From a virus (Duplodnaviria > Caudoviricetes), in the IMG/VR virus record IMGVR_UViG_2926647115_000001: 64,000 bases of DNA, one strand, 5' to 3'. Of the stretch, positions 37,270 through 46,353 are shown piece by piece (the first letter of the stretch is position 1; each line of letters opens with the position of its first letter). Made by a program: the position numbers and the translations under genes. The notes beneath the pieces are model-generated. The model made no database searches. It was not told the origin of the DNA and saw only the letters and a program-made list of their open reading frames with translations.

Positions 37270-38087
37270 GCAGGCCGCCGTTCACGTACTTCGGCGGGAA
37301 GACCCGGTTGGCTGATCGGATCGTGGCCGCGTTCCCGCCCCACGAGCACTACGTCGAGCCGTTCGCAGGGTCGCTCGCCGTGTTGCTCGCGAAGGCGCCG
37401 AGTCGCATGGAGACGGTCAACGACTTGGACCGGGAGCTGATGACGTTCTGGCGGGTGCTGCGTGACCAGCCCGCCGAGCTGGCGCGCGTGTGCGCGTTGA
37501 CGCCGCACTCCCGTGCCGAGCACCTGGAAGCCTACGACCGGCCGGACACCCTCGACGACCTCGAGCGGGCGCGGCGGGTGTGGGTGTGTCTCACCCAGGG
37601 CCGCGCCGGGGTGCTGCGCAAGACCGGGTGGCGGCATCACGTCAACCCGTCCGGGCACAGCTTCGGGATGCCGGGGTACCTCGAGGCCTACGTCGAGCGG
37701 ATCCTCGACGCGGCCGAGCGGATCTCGCGGGTCTCGCTCGAGTGCCGGCCCGCGCTGGACGTGATCGCCGACTACGGCAGTCACCCGGGCGTGCTGCTGT
37801 ACGTGGACCCGCCGTACCTCGGTTCGGCGCGGGTGTGGGGCAACAACTACCGGCACGAGCTGCGCGGCGAGACCGAGCACCGCGAGCTTGCGGAGGCGCT
37901 GCTGTCCTGCAAGGCGTCGGTGGTGCTGTCCGGCTACGACTCGTCGCTGTACGCCGAGCTGTACGACGGGTGGCACGTCACCCGCATGGACGCCACAACG
38001 AGCCAGGGCGGCGCGAACAGTGCCCGCACCGAGGTGCTGTGGTCCAACCGGCTGCCGGAGCCTGACCTGTTTGGAGCGATCGCGTGA
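37266..38087 (+). CDS. DNA adenine methyltransferase (D12 class)
   Basis: YFGGK, YVEPFAGS, ND, YVDPPY, EVLWSN. Confidence 0.93.
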   Translation: MSRPPFTYFGGKTRLADRIVAAFPPHEHYVEPFAGSLAVLLAKAPSRMETVNDLDRELMTFWRVLRDQPAELARVCALTPHSRAEHLEAYDRPDTLDDLERARRVWVCLTQGRAGVLRKTGWRHHVNPSGHSFGMPGYLEAYVERILDAAERISRVSLECRPALDVIADYGSHPGVLLYVDPPYLGSARVWGNNYRHELRGETEHRELAEALLSCKASVVLSGYDSSLYAELYDGWHVTRMDATTSQGGANSARTEVLWSNRLPEPDLFGAIA

Positions 38088-38446
38088 CCACCGAGGAAGA
38101 GTTCACCGCCGAGCAGCAGGCGTGGGCCGCAGCCGGCGAGCGGCGCCACGCCGTCGACCAGCTCCCGGAGCGGCCAGCGGACGCGGTGTGCGAGGCGGTC
38201 GGGGACGCGGTGGCCGAAGCGCTCGCCACAGGCGCGTTCGACGAGCACCTGCGCGGGAAAGGGTGGGTGCTGGTGCACGTCGGTGACGGCACCTGCCCCG
38301 AGCCCCCAACCACGTGGCTGCACGAGGGCCTGGATCTGACCGAGCCCGGCGGGCTGGTCGACCCGATCGGGCACCTCGCGGCGATGTGGCGCGAGGCGTG
38401 GGAGGCCGGCAACCGCGTCGGACGTGCCAACGGTGGCGTGTCATGA
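38084..38446 (+). CDS. Hypothetical protein
   Basis: GTGA-coupled. Confidence 0.7.
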   Translation: MTTEEEFTAEQQAWAAAGERRHAVDQLPERPADAVCEAVGDAVAEALATGAFDEHLRGKGWVLVHVGDGTCPEPPTTWLHEGLDLTEPGGLVDPIGHLAAMWREAWEAGNRVGRANGGVS

Positions 38447-38494
38447 CCGGCTCCGCCTACGCGGTCGCCTTCGGGCAGCGGGCAGGATGACCTC

Positions 38495-38728
38495 ATGTTC
38501 AAACGCAAGAAGCCCACTCCGCCCCCGCCCGGACAGTTCGTGGCGAAGTACGACGGGGAATGCGCCGCATGCGGGGCTGGCATCAAAGCCGGGGACCAGG
38601 TGGGGCGAGTGTTCATGGCGCGACGCCGGATCGGTGGCGGCATCGCTGACGACCCCCGCAACCGTGTCTGCTGCGCTCGCTGTCACGCCGACGCTGCAGT
38701 CAAAGGCGACCCGTCACTGAGGTGGTGA
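38495..38728 (+). CDS. Small Zn-binding protein
   Basis: AKYDGECAACG.I..G..CARC. Confidence 0.7.
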   Translation: MFKRKKPTPPPPGQFVAKYDGECAACGAGIKAGDQVGRVFMARRRIGGGIADDPRNRVCCARCHADAAVKGDPSLRW

Positions 38729-38944
38729 CCGGGGACAGTCGTTGATACGACCGTGGTAAAACGGCGCACCCCACGGTGCGGCCCGGCATCCGGCTGGCGG
38801 GCAGTGCCGGGTTCCGCCGCGGGGATCGCTCACGTCCGGCGGGCGGTGGCCTGGTCCGGGTCGCGGTAGCTGAACGAACCGAGCCCGGCGGCGGGTGCAG
38901 TCACGAATACAGCCACGAGAATCGCCGCTCTCAGCGGCACGACA

Positions 38945-38974
38945 AAGGCCCGCCACCGCGAAGGTGACGGGCCT
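38945..38974 (-). terminator. Hairpin terminator
   Basis: AGGCCCGTCACC-loop-GGTGGCGGGCCT followed by TT. Confidence 0.75.
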
Positions 38975-38997
38975 CCGTGTCGCCCTCCCCAAGGGAC

Positions 38998-40620
38998 CTA
39001 CCGCTGATTCGCGGCGATGTCCCAAGCCTGCTCACGCTGCCGATCCTCACCCGTGGACTCCAGCCGCGCCCAATCCTGCTCGTGCGTCCGCCGGAACTCC
39101 GTCTGCGACTCGCCGATCTGCTCAGCCACACCGTTCGCCAGCGTGCCGAACCGGTCCACAACCTCCATCATCGCGGGCTCCAGCCGCACCGACCCCTTCG
39201 CCGCCTCCGAGAACCGGCGGAACAGACCACCGATCGCCTGGCTGGCCTGCGCCGCGCCGCCGAGCTCGTCGTACAGCTCCGACGCCGACCGGAAGTGATC
39301 GATCGGGGTGCCGGCGGCCTCGACCAGCGGCGCGAACCGGGTGTTGCCCGCGGCGGCCGCGCCGACACCGCCAGCCGCCGCGGCGGCCTCGTTGGCGCGG
39401 ACGACCCGCGCGCGGTGCTTTCCTCCGCTCATCGTCCCTCCTGGGGTGTCTCGCGGGATCCGCTGGCCGGGCTTCTGGGGGAGTTTCCGGAAGTCGCTCG
39501 GGCCGTTGATGTCGCGGGGTCCCTTGGGTTTCGGTGGTGTTGCGGTGGGCTTGGGGTTGCCCATGGTGGTGTTGCGCTTCCGGTTGCGAAGTTTAGCAGC
39601 TTGGGCAAGTTTCGACGTGAACTGTTTGAGGCCGAGTGGGTTTTTTCCTGTGGCGTGTCGGGGTTTGCGGGGGTTGTTGCGAGCCCCGGGGGTGGGGGTT
39701 TTCCGGGGGCGGTTGGGGTTGTGGGTGCGGCCCCTGCCGCCGAGGAGGCCGCGGGCACGGCTGCGGCCCGGGTTGTTGCGGCGCCCGGCGAGGATGCCTT
39801 TACCGCGGCCTGGGGTGCGCCCGTGGCTGGGGCTGCTGCGGTGACCGCGGCGGCCGCTGGTGGCGGCGCCGCCGCGTTTGCTGCGTTTGGTGCCGGTGTG
39901 GCCGCTGCTGCGGGTGCCGGTGGTCTTGGTGCTCTTGCCGGTCGCGGTGCGGCGGGTGGGGCGGGTGTTGGCGGGGCGTTTGCTGGCGAGGCGGGCGGCG
40001 ACGCTGTTGGGGTTGCGGCGTGCGGTGCGGGCGGCGAGGGGGTTGGTGCGGCCCCGGGCGGTGCGGGTGGCGCGGCTGCGGCGGCCGAGGCCGGGGATGC
40101 CGAGGCGGGAGCGGCCGGGGCCGCGGCCGCGGGTGTTGCTGCGTCCAGGGCCGGAGCGGCCGAAGCCCGGGCCACCCTTGGAGCCGGTGGGACGACCGCG
40201 GCGGCCGAGGCCGAGTCCCTGACTGCCAGGGCGGGCCGCGCCGCGTCGGCGGGCGCCGGTGGTGCCGGGGTGGGAGAGGCTGGCCAGGCGGCGTCGGGCG
40301 CGGGCTGTTCCGGCCGGGCTGGTGGCGCGGGCGCCGCGGGTGCCGTTGCCGGCGCGGCGCGGGTCGGGTGTGCGGAGTCCGAGGCGTGCGGCGATGGTGG
40401 GGCCGAGCTTGCGGGCGCCGTAGCTGACGGCGACTGCGCCACCGGCGGCGGCGCTGGTGATGGCGAGGCCGGTGGGGCCGAAGTGCATGCCGATGGTTTG
40501 GGCTCCGCCTGCGGCGGCGAGGGTTTCGGCGGCGAGCGCGGGTTTCGACGTGAGGCGGCGGGGCTTGGGCTGGTCGGCCAGTTCGGTGTCCGGGGCCGGG
40601 GTCTTGGGCTTGCCGGTCAT
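38998..40620 (-). CDS. Actinomycete plasmid/AICE transfer-region protein (TraA-like C-terminus, Arg-rich linker)
   Basis: N-terminal hydrophobic segment; C-terminal FRRTHEQDWARLE..EQAWDI. Confidence 0.6.
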   Translation of the reverse strand: MTGKPKTPAPDTELADQPKPRRLTSKPALAAETLAAAGGAQTIGMHFGPTGLAITSAAAGGAVAVSYGARKLGPTIAARLGLRTPDPRRAGNGTRGARATSPAGTARARRRLASLSHPGTTGARRRGAARPGSQGLGLGRRGRPTGSKGGPGFGRSGPGRSNTRGRGPGRSRLGIPGLGRRSRATRTARGRTNPLAARTARRNPNSVAARLASKRPANTRPTRRTATGKSTKTTGTRSSGHTGTKRSKRGGAATSGRRGHRSSPSHGRTPGRGKGILAGRRNNPGRSRARGLLGGRGRTHNPNRPRKTPTPGARNNPRKPRHATGKNPLGLKQFTSKLAQAAKLRNRKRNTTMGNPKPTATPPKPKGPRDINGPSDFRKLPQKPGQRIPRDTPGGTMSGGKHRARVVRANEAAAAAGGVGAAAAGNTRFAPLVEAAGTPIDHFRSASELYDELGGAAQASQAIGGLFRRFSEAAKGSVRLEPAMMEVVDRFGTLANGVAEQIGESQTEFRRTHEQDWARLESTGEDRQREQAWDIAANQR

Positions 40621-40657
40621 CCTCGGTTCCTCCTCGGTTCCTCCTCGCCGAGGAGGT

Positions 40658-41017
40658 CTACTGCGGCTGGTAGTGGGGGTGGTTGGGGTAGCTGGAGGCG
40701 AGCTGCTGTTGGCGGGCGGCGGCCTGCTGGTCCTCGAAGGACTTCTGCATGAGCATGCCGACGACGAGGTTGATGGCGTCTTTGGCGTCCTGGAGGGCGG
40801 GGAGGATGACGCCGTACTTGAGGTGGCGGGTGACGCCGGTGTCGTCGGCTTGGTAGGTGGGGTCGTCGTCGGGGTCGGTGTCGGTGTCGGGTTCGGGTTC
40901 GGTGGCGCGGATGGGTGCGGTGTAGGTGTCGAAGTCGCGGATGCGGGTGTTGAGGGCGCTGGCGAGGTGTGCCCAGTCGGCGGCGAGGGTTTCTGCGCTG
41001 GTGTGGGGCTGGTTCAT
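40658..41017 (-). CDS. Hypothetical protein
   Basis: Downstream of a family B promoter. Confidence 0.75.
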   Translation of the reverse strand: MNQPHTSAETLAADWAHLASALNTRIRDFDTYTAPIRATEPEPDTDTDPDDDPTYQADDTGVTRHLKYGVILPALQDAKDAINLVVGMLMQKSFEDQQAAARQQQLASSYPNHPHYQPQ

Positions 41018-41176
41018 GGTGGTGTTGTCCCCTGGATGCGGGTCGGGCGAGCACCTGGGGGGTGAGGTGCTCGCCCGGCGCGAGTGGGGAGTGCTCCTTT
41101 CTGGGGTTGGGGTGGCGGGGCGCCCCGGTGAGGGGGGAGGGTCGGGGCGGCCCCGCCAGGTGGTTCTCGCACCACC

Positions 41177-41214
41177 TGTTCGTGACTATACCCGTCGATG
41201 TTGTGGTGCCGCAA
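41177..41214 (-). promoter_or_regulatory. Family B promoter
   Basis: TTGCGG-18-TATAGT-CACGAACA. Confidence 0.8.
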
Positions 41215-41265
41215 CCGGCCCGGCCCTATGGTGTTGCCATCGCCACAACAGTCGAGGGGGAACCA

Positions 41266-41661
41266 GTGGCTATCGCGTATATCGAAGTGCCCGTCTACTG
41301 CCGCGTCGGCGACAGCGAGGAAAACCAGCTCGGCGTCATCTCGTTCGAGCCTGACCTGATGACCAGCGCGGAAGCCCGTGACCACGTGGTGGTGCAGGTT
41401 CAGGCCAGGGCCGCGGAGTTCTTCCGGGACATCGCCCATGAGCTGGGCGGCACCCGCTCCTTCCAGCGAGACCTGCGAGACCTCATCAACCGGCACAGCG
41501 TCGACAACGACGCCAACACCGCGGACTACATCTTGGCCCGGTACCTGCATCGCTGCCTGGAGGCGTTCACCGAAGCCGTCGAGGTGCGGGACCGGCACAG
41601 CGCCCCGCCGTCGCGGGACGTGCTGCTGGGGCAGGCCGCCGGGATCGAGAGGCGGGTCTGA
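41266..41661 (+). CDS. Hypothetical phage protein
   Basis: LINRHSVDNDANTADYILARYL. Confidence 0.75.
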   Translation: MAIAYIEVPVYCRVGDSEENQLGVISFEPDLMTSAEARDHVVVQVQARAAEFFRDIAHELGGTRSFQRDLRDLINRHSVDNDANTADYILARYLHRCLEAFTEAVEVRDRHSAPPSRDVLLGQAAGIERRV

Positions 41662-41663
41662 TC

Positions 41664-42044
41664 GTGCAGCAGGAACCGAGCATCGGCCAGACCGTGCACT
41701 ACGTGTCGCACGGCACGCCGGGCGGCGAGTACACCAAGCAGTGCCGGGCCGCGGTCATCACCCAAGTCACCGGGCGCGCCGTCGACCCCGCGACCGGGGA
41801 CCCGACGGACGCGTGGGTCGTGGGGCTGCTCGTGCAGAACCCGACCGGTGTGCACCTCGCCCAGGTTTGTGTGCAGTCCGAGCAGTCGCACGACGGCGGC
41901 ACGTGGCACTGGCCGGAGCACGTCACGTCCCTATCGGACCGGATGGCCGAGCTGGAGAAGGTGGTGGCCGACCTCGCCAAGCGGGTGCGCGACTGCGAGA
42001 CGGGGTTCCCCGGCATGGGGCGGCTGCTCGGGGGCGGCCTGTGA
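41664..42044 (+). CDS. Hypothetical phage protein
   Basis: PSIGQTVHYV..CRAAVIT..GTWHWP. Confidence 0.8.
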   Translation: MQQEPSIGQTVHYVSHGTPGGEYTKQCRAAVITQVTGRAVDPATGDPTDAWVVGLLVQNPTGVHLAQVCVQSEQSHDGGTWHWPEHVTSLSDRMAELEKVVADLAKRVRDCETGFPGMGRLLGGGL

Positions 42045-42205
42045 CCGTGGAGGTGGCCGTTGACTTCGACGGCGTGATCCACGCGTACGCGAGCGCCCCG
42101 GCGTCCGCGGACGTGGTCCGGGCGCGGCTGTTGGGGATCGCTGTGGCTCTCCTGGGTGGCCTGGAGCTGCTGCAGTGGGCCGCGCGGAAGCGGAGGGAAC
42201 GCTGA
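42041..42205 (+). pseudogene. HAD N-terminal fragment fused to a TM tail
   Basis: VAVDFDGVIHAY then an unrelated hydrophobic tail; 54 aa. Confidence 0.45.
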
Positions 42206-42630
42206 TGCCGTACACGAGGCATGGGCACTGGTACGGGTCCGGGACGCCGGTCACGCCGCGGCCACGGGTCGCGCGGTGCGGCGGGTCCGGGCTGTGCCGG
42301 GACTGCGCGCTCGATGCGTCCGGTGCCGCGCCGGCCGCCCCGGACCGGCCGTGTGAGCACGAGGTGTTCCAGGCGGAGGTGGCGGTCAACCGGCTCACCA
42401 AGCACGAGGGTGGCCCGGTGGTGGGGTTCCGCGCCGACGTCCGCGTCCGGTGTGCGCAGTGCGGCGAGCGGTTCCGGTGGAGCGGGGTTCCGGCCGGGCT
42501 GCTGCCGGACCGGCCCGCGGTGAGCGTGGACGGCACCGAGCTGCGCGCGCCGCTGCGGCCCGCGTCCGCGGATCCGGACTTCGGGCTCGGCCTGCCCGGG
42601 TTCACCGTGCGGCCGGGAGGTCAGGGGTGA
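42205..42630 (+). CDS. Hypothetical protein
   Basis: ARCGG.GLC.DC; CAQC. Confidence 0.75.
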   Translation: MPYTRHGHWYGSGTPVTPRPRVARCGGSGLCRDCALDASGAAPAAPDRPCEHEVFQAEVAVNRLTKHEGGPVVGFRADVRVRCAQCGERFRWSGVPAGLLPDRPAVSVDGTELRAPLRPASADPDFGLGLPGFTVRPGGQG

Positions 42631-42923
42631 GCGAGCGGAACCGGCCTGGGAAGGCGTCGGTGCGCAAGGTCGACGGGCAGTGGCGGACGGTTCGGCCGGC
42701 GTACGGGTTCGGGTTGCCGCACGAGACCGCCCACCGCCGGTGGGAGGACGCGCTCGATGCCGCGCTGGGACGGTCGCGGGGCCGCTCCGGGTACGGCAAC
42801 ATGACCGCGCTGCACGCCGAGCTGGCCGACCCGTGGCACGACGGGATCGCCGCCCGGCCCGCATGGTCACCGCTGTACCACTCTGGGGGCGCCTCCCCAC
42901 CGCGGGGACGGTCGGTGCCGTAG
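42627..42923 (+). CDS. Hypothetical protein
   Basis: GTGA-coupled. Confidence 0.65.
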   Translation: MSERNRPGKASVRKVDGQWRTVRPAYGFGLPHETAHRRWEDALDAALGRSRGRSGYGNMTALHAELADPWHDGIAARPAWSPLYHSGGASPPRGRSVP

Positions 42924-43040
42924 TCTGCCCCCGGCTCGGACAACTGGCGGTTTCGCCAGCTGGCCCGGGCCGGGTGAGCCCCGAGGGCGGGTGGAGTCGC
43001 CCCCGGGTCACGCGTCGGCCTTGGTCGACGCAACGCCCTG

Positions 43041-43267
43041 CTAGGCGCCCGACCGGAGTCGCAGCACTTCGCGGACCATGTCGAGCCACCACGGGTGCTG
43101 AGGGACGCACAGCGGGACGAGCAGGAGTGCGGCGTTTGTGGACGCTGCACTCCTCACCCGCCGCGCGGCGCACTTGAGTTGGTGTCCAGCCCTACTGCAC
43201 CAGCAGGCGCATGGTCCGGGCTCTTGGGATCCTCCGGCCCCCTCGGGCCGGCTGGGTCTCTCGCTCA
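43041..43267 (-). CDS. Possible small protein
   Basis: GGAG RBS; weak codon bias. Confidence 0.4.
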
Positions 43268-43643
43268 TCGACTCTCCGTTCTTGTTGATCCGCTCGTCGC
43301 AGGCGACCGCGGTGCCGTCCAACCTTGCATCCTCTGTCCTAAGTGGACAATATCTTACGTTAGCTGATCCGTGGACCCATACTTTTCGTCAATGCATGCC
43401 ACCCGGCCGACCCCAAGGTTTCCGCAGGTCAGCCCGTATAGGGCCGCGAGACAGCGCAGCCAACAGATCACGCACTCCACGTCGGGCCACTTGCCAGACA
43501 GCAGATCTCGTAGGCGAACCGACCGCCGTGGTTAGCCGGCCGGAGGGCGCTCTCCGGCCGGCGCCAGCAGCCACGTTCGAGAGGGCTGACGTAACGAAGA
43601 AGGGTCTCGCGCGTACTCACCTGTGAGGAAAGGATCACCCGCC

Positions 43644-44054
43644 ATGACCCAGCCGCCGTACCCGCCTCCCGACCCGTGGGCGCCGAGACCCCCGCAACCG
43701 CAGCAGCCGTACCCGCCGCAGGGGTACCCACAGCAGCACCCGAGCTGGCCCATACCCCAGCAGCCGCCGTACGGGTACGGCTACCCCGCACAGGGCTTCC
43801 CGCAGCCGCGGAACGGGCTCGGCACCGCCGGGTTCGTTGTGGGTGTCGTGGCGCTCGTGGTCGCCGGTGTGCTGCCCTTCACGTTCTGGGTGTTCGGTCT
43901 CGCCCTCGGGGTCGTCGGCGTGTCGTTGGCGGGCGTGGGCTTGAGCTACGCGAACCGCGGACAGGCGACGAACGGCAAGCTGGCCACTGCCGGTGTGGTG
44001 TGCTCGACCCTCGCGATCGTATGCGCCGTGATCGGCGCGTTCTTCGCGGTCTAA
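43644..44054 (+). CDS. Pro-rich membrane protein (DUF4190-like)
   Basis: PQY-rich N-terminus, NGLGTAGFVVGVV, three TM helices. Confidence 0.85.
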   Translation: MTQPPYPPPDPWAPRPPQPQQPYPPQGYPQQHPSWPIPQQPPYGYGYPAQGFPQPRNGLGTAGFVVGVVALVVAGVLPFTFWVFGLALGVVGVSLAGVGLSYANRGQATNGKLATAGVVCSTLAIVCAVIGAFFAV

Positions 44055-44122
44055 CTGGGCCCGGAACGACTGCGGCCCCGGAACCGTTGAGGTCCCGGGG
44101 CCGCGGCCGGAGCCGTGAGGAT

Positions 44123-44470
44123 TCACGGGTTGTTTGGACGGTTGACAGCGTACCCGAGAGGCGCGGCGGGTGTTGCGACTGTTGCGATCGTGTCGCCGTC
44201 GGTGTCGGGTTCCTGGTCCTGCCGGTCGAACTCGTCCCGCACCGCCTCCGCCAGCACGCGGTCGGTGGTGGTGAAGCCACCGGCCTTGCCGACCTCGTAC
44301 CCGCCCTCGGTTTCGTTGATGCGCCTGTACGGCCAGGGCCGGACGTTGTCGCCGTGCCTGATCTCGACCTGCACGCCGGGCCGCACCACAGCGTCGGCGA
44401 ACGTTTCGGCGTCGGCGGCGGTGCGGTAGCGGGCCTGCTCGACCCCGCCGACGATCACGTGATGAAACAC
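44123..44470 (-). CDS. Hypothetical protein
   Basis: GAGGGG RBS. Confidence 0.7.
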   Translation of the reverse strand: MFHHVIVGGVEQARYRTAADAETFADAVVRPGVQVEIRHGDNVRPWPYRRINETEGGYEVGKAGGFTTTDRVLAEAVRDEFDRQDQEPDTDGDTIATVATPAAPLGYAVNRPNNP

Positions 44471-44634
44471 GCTGAACCCCCTCGGTCTCCCCTGCTGTGC
44501 AGGGTATCCGAGCTGACCGGGGCTACATAGGGCGAAGCCTGCGAGACGACCGTCCGAACGTGCCGTGGGCTCACGTCCCGGCCGCGCGCGGCACTGGGTA
44601 GAACCGGCGCGATCCAGTCCAGCGGGCCGGCAGG

Positions 44635-45009
44635 TCAGTGCTCCCAGCCCTGCGCCTCCGCGAGAAGCGCCTTCCACCGCTGCGCGGTGAGCGGCTCCTC
44701 CCACATCCCGACGGCGCCGTTGTGGTGCACCAGGCGGGGCGGTTTCGGCGGATGGTTGGCCGGCAACTCGCACACCACGTCGAGGGCGCCATACAACTGG
44801 TCGTACAACGCTTGCGGCATCGTGCCCCGGTCGGGCACGTACCGGGCGCCGCACACCTCTTGCTGCGGCGGCAGCGGTCGCGGGGTGATCTCGACGTCGG
44901 CGAGGGCGCCGTGGAACGCGCCACCGCAACGGCAGTCGCAACCGGCGGCGGTGTCCGGGGCCGCGGTGAGGCAGGCGCCCGAGCAGTGTCCGGACGCGAC
45001 CGCCTCCAT
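44635..45009 (-). CDS. Hypothetical Cys-rich protein
   Basis: C..AC..A..CDCRCGGAFHG. Confidence 0.7.
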   Translation of the reverse strand: MEAVASGHCSGACLTAAPDTAAGCDCRCGGAFHGALADVEITPRPLPPQQEVCGARYVPDRGTMPQALYDQLYGALDVVCELPANHPPKPPRLVHHNGAVGMWEEPLTAQRWKALLAEAQGWEH

Positions 45010-45047
45010 CGCCGTGTAGGTGCCGGCCGGGCCGCTCTCGCCGCTGC

Positions 45048-45650
45048 TCAGAACTTCCACTCCCAGCCGCCAGAGGTGAAGGAGGAGGTGAGGGCGAGGA
45101 TCCCGCTCAGTTCCGGCACGTCCAGCTCGATCTTGCCGGTGAACTTCTGGTTGGGGCCGAACTGGTAGGGCAGCTGGTCGTCGCTCGGGTCGGTGCACAT
45201 GCCCATGTCGGCCTGCTTGGTGACACCGTCCTTGGTGACGATGGAGAAGTTCGACGCGGTGAGCGTCCAGCCCAGCACGTCGGCGGCGTGCTGGTCGGAG
45301 CCGGTCGCGGCGCGCACGTGCAGCACGAGCGTGTGCCCCTTCGGCTTGGTGCCGTACTGGAAGCACTTCGGGTCGGCGTCGATCTTGTCGATCGCGAACG
45401 TCGCGTTCCCCGCTCCAGGGTCCTTCGACGAGATGATGGACGCGGTCTCCCCCAACTGCTTGACCACCCGGCCGCGCTCGTTCGTCTCAGCCGCCGACGC
45501 GGCCTCCGTGGTGGGCCCGGCCTGCGTGGTGGCGGGCACGGCGGGAAGGCTTGGCTGGCCGGCGGTGTCGCTGCCGGTGTTCTTGGAGCATCCGGCGAGC
45601 ACCGCAACAGCGGCAGCGGCGATGGCGAGAGCGGTGGCGGTTCGGCGCAT
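45048..45650 (-). CDS. Lipoprotein
   Basis: Lipobox LAGC; C-terminal GGWEW. Confidence 0.85.
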   Translation of the reverse strand: MRRTATALAIAAAAVAVLAGCSKNTGSDTAGQPSLPAVPATTQAGPTTEAASAAETNERGRVVKQLGETASIISSKDPGAGNATFAIDKIDADPKCFQYGTKPKGHTLVLHVRAATGSDQHAADVLGWTLTASNFSIVTKDGVTKQADMGMCTDPSDDQLPYQFGPNQKFTGKIELDVPELSGILALTSSFTSGGWEWKF

Positions 45651-45836
45651 GGGTTCCCCTCGAAATGTGGTTCGCATCCTCCATACGATCAAGGCCACGC
45701 GGCGTTACACGGTTGCGGTCGTGGTTCACCCGGTCAGCCCATCCACAACACTTCCCCAGCTTGTGGATCACTCGCCGCTACCCGCATGCGGAGAGACCCC
45801 GACAGGTTCGGCTGCCGGGGTCTCTGGGGGTGGGGG

Positions 45837-46193
45837 TCAGCGGCGTTTGCCGTTCCCGACCGGGTTCGTCACCACCGACGTGATGCCCTTGGCTGCGGTA
45901 ATCCACTTGGCGGGCGTCCCGCTCTTGGATTTCCCGCGGTTCTTCGGCACGTTGTCCTTGACCTTGCCGCTCTTGGAGGGGTTGCGAACGCCGACCTTCT
46001 TGCCGTTCTTCGGCTGCTTGATCACCGGCGGAGCGCCCTCGCGCTGCGGGTGGAGGAACGCATCCAGTTCGGCCCCCAGGTTGCGCCGCGGCGGATGCTT
46101 CTTGTGGCTGAGCCGCCTTTTGCCGGCGCAGTGGCAGCACGTCCGCTCACCGCAGTAGTGCCCGCACCGGCCGCACGTTCGCATCTTCGCCAC
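45837..46193 (-). CDS. Basic Cys-rich protein
   Basis: AGGAG RBS; CGRCGHYCG..CCHC. Confidence 0.6.
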   Translation of the reverse strand: MAKMRTCGRCGHYCGERTCCHCAGKRRLSHKKHPPRRNLGAELDAFLHPQREGAPPVIKQPKNGKKVGVRNPSKSGKVKDNVPKNRGKSKSGTPAKWITAAKGITSVVTNPVGNGKRR

Positions 46194-46353
46194 GCCGCTC
46201 CTCCTGCTCCCCGATCTCGGTAGTGGTATCGCTGACCGGTGCCCTGTCGGTTACAGGTCTCGGGTCCGCAACGGGGTGGGCGAGGTAGTCGGCGATCGCG
46301 TCTTCCGGGTCGAGGTGCGCCCGCTCCGGCTGCACCCACACCGGCGCCGTCAC
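46147..46353 (-). CDS. Small hypothetical protein
   Basis: GTGA-coupled to dnaB. Confidence 0.55.
   Translation of the reverse strand: MTAPVWVQPERAHLDPEDAIADYLAHPVADPRPVTDRAPVSDTTTEIGEQEERRGEDANVRPVRALLR

Noticed and set aside
39429-40442. Ala/Pro-rich alternative frame as the true protein
   Set aside because: No RBS or start support; the 38998-40620 frame has a strong SD and is continuous, though a frameshift in the low-complexity part cannot be excluded
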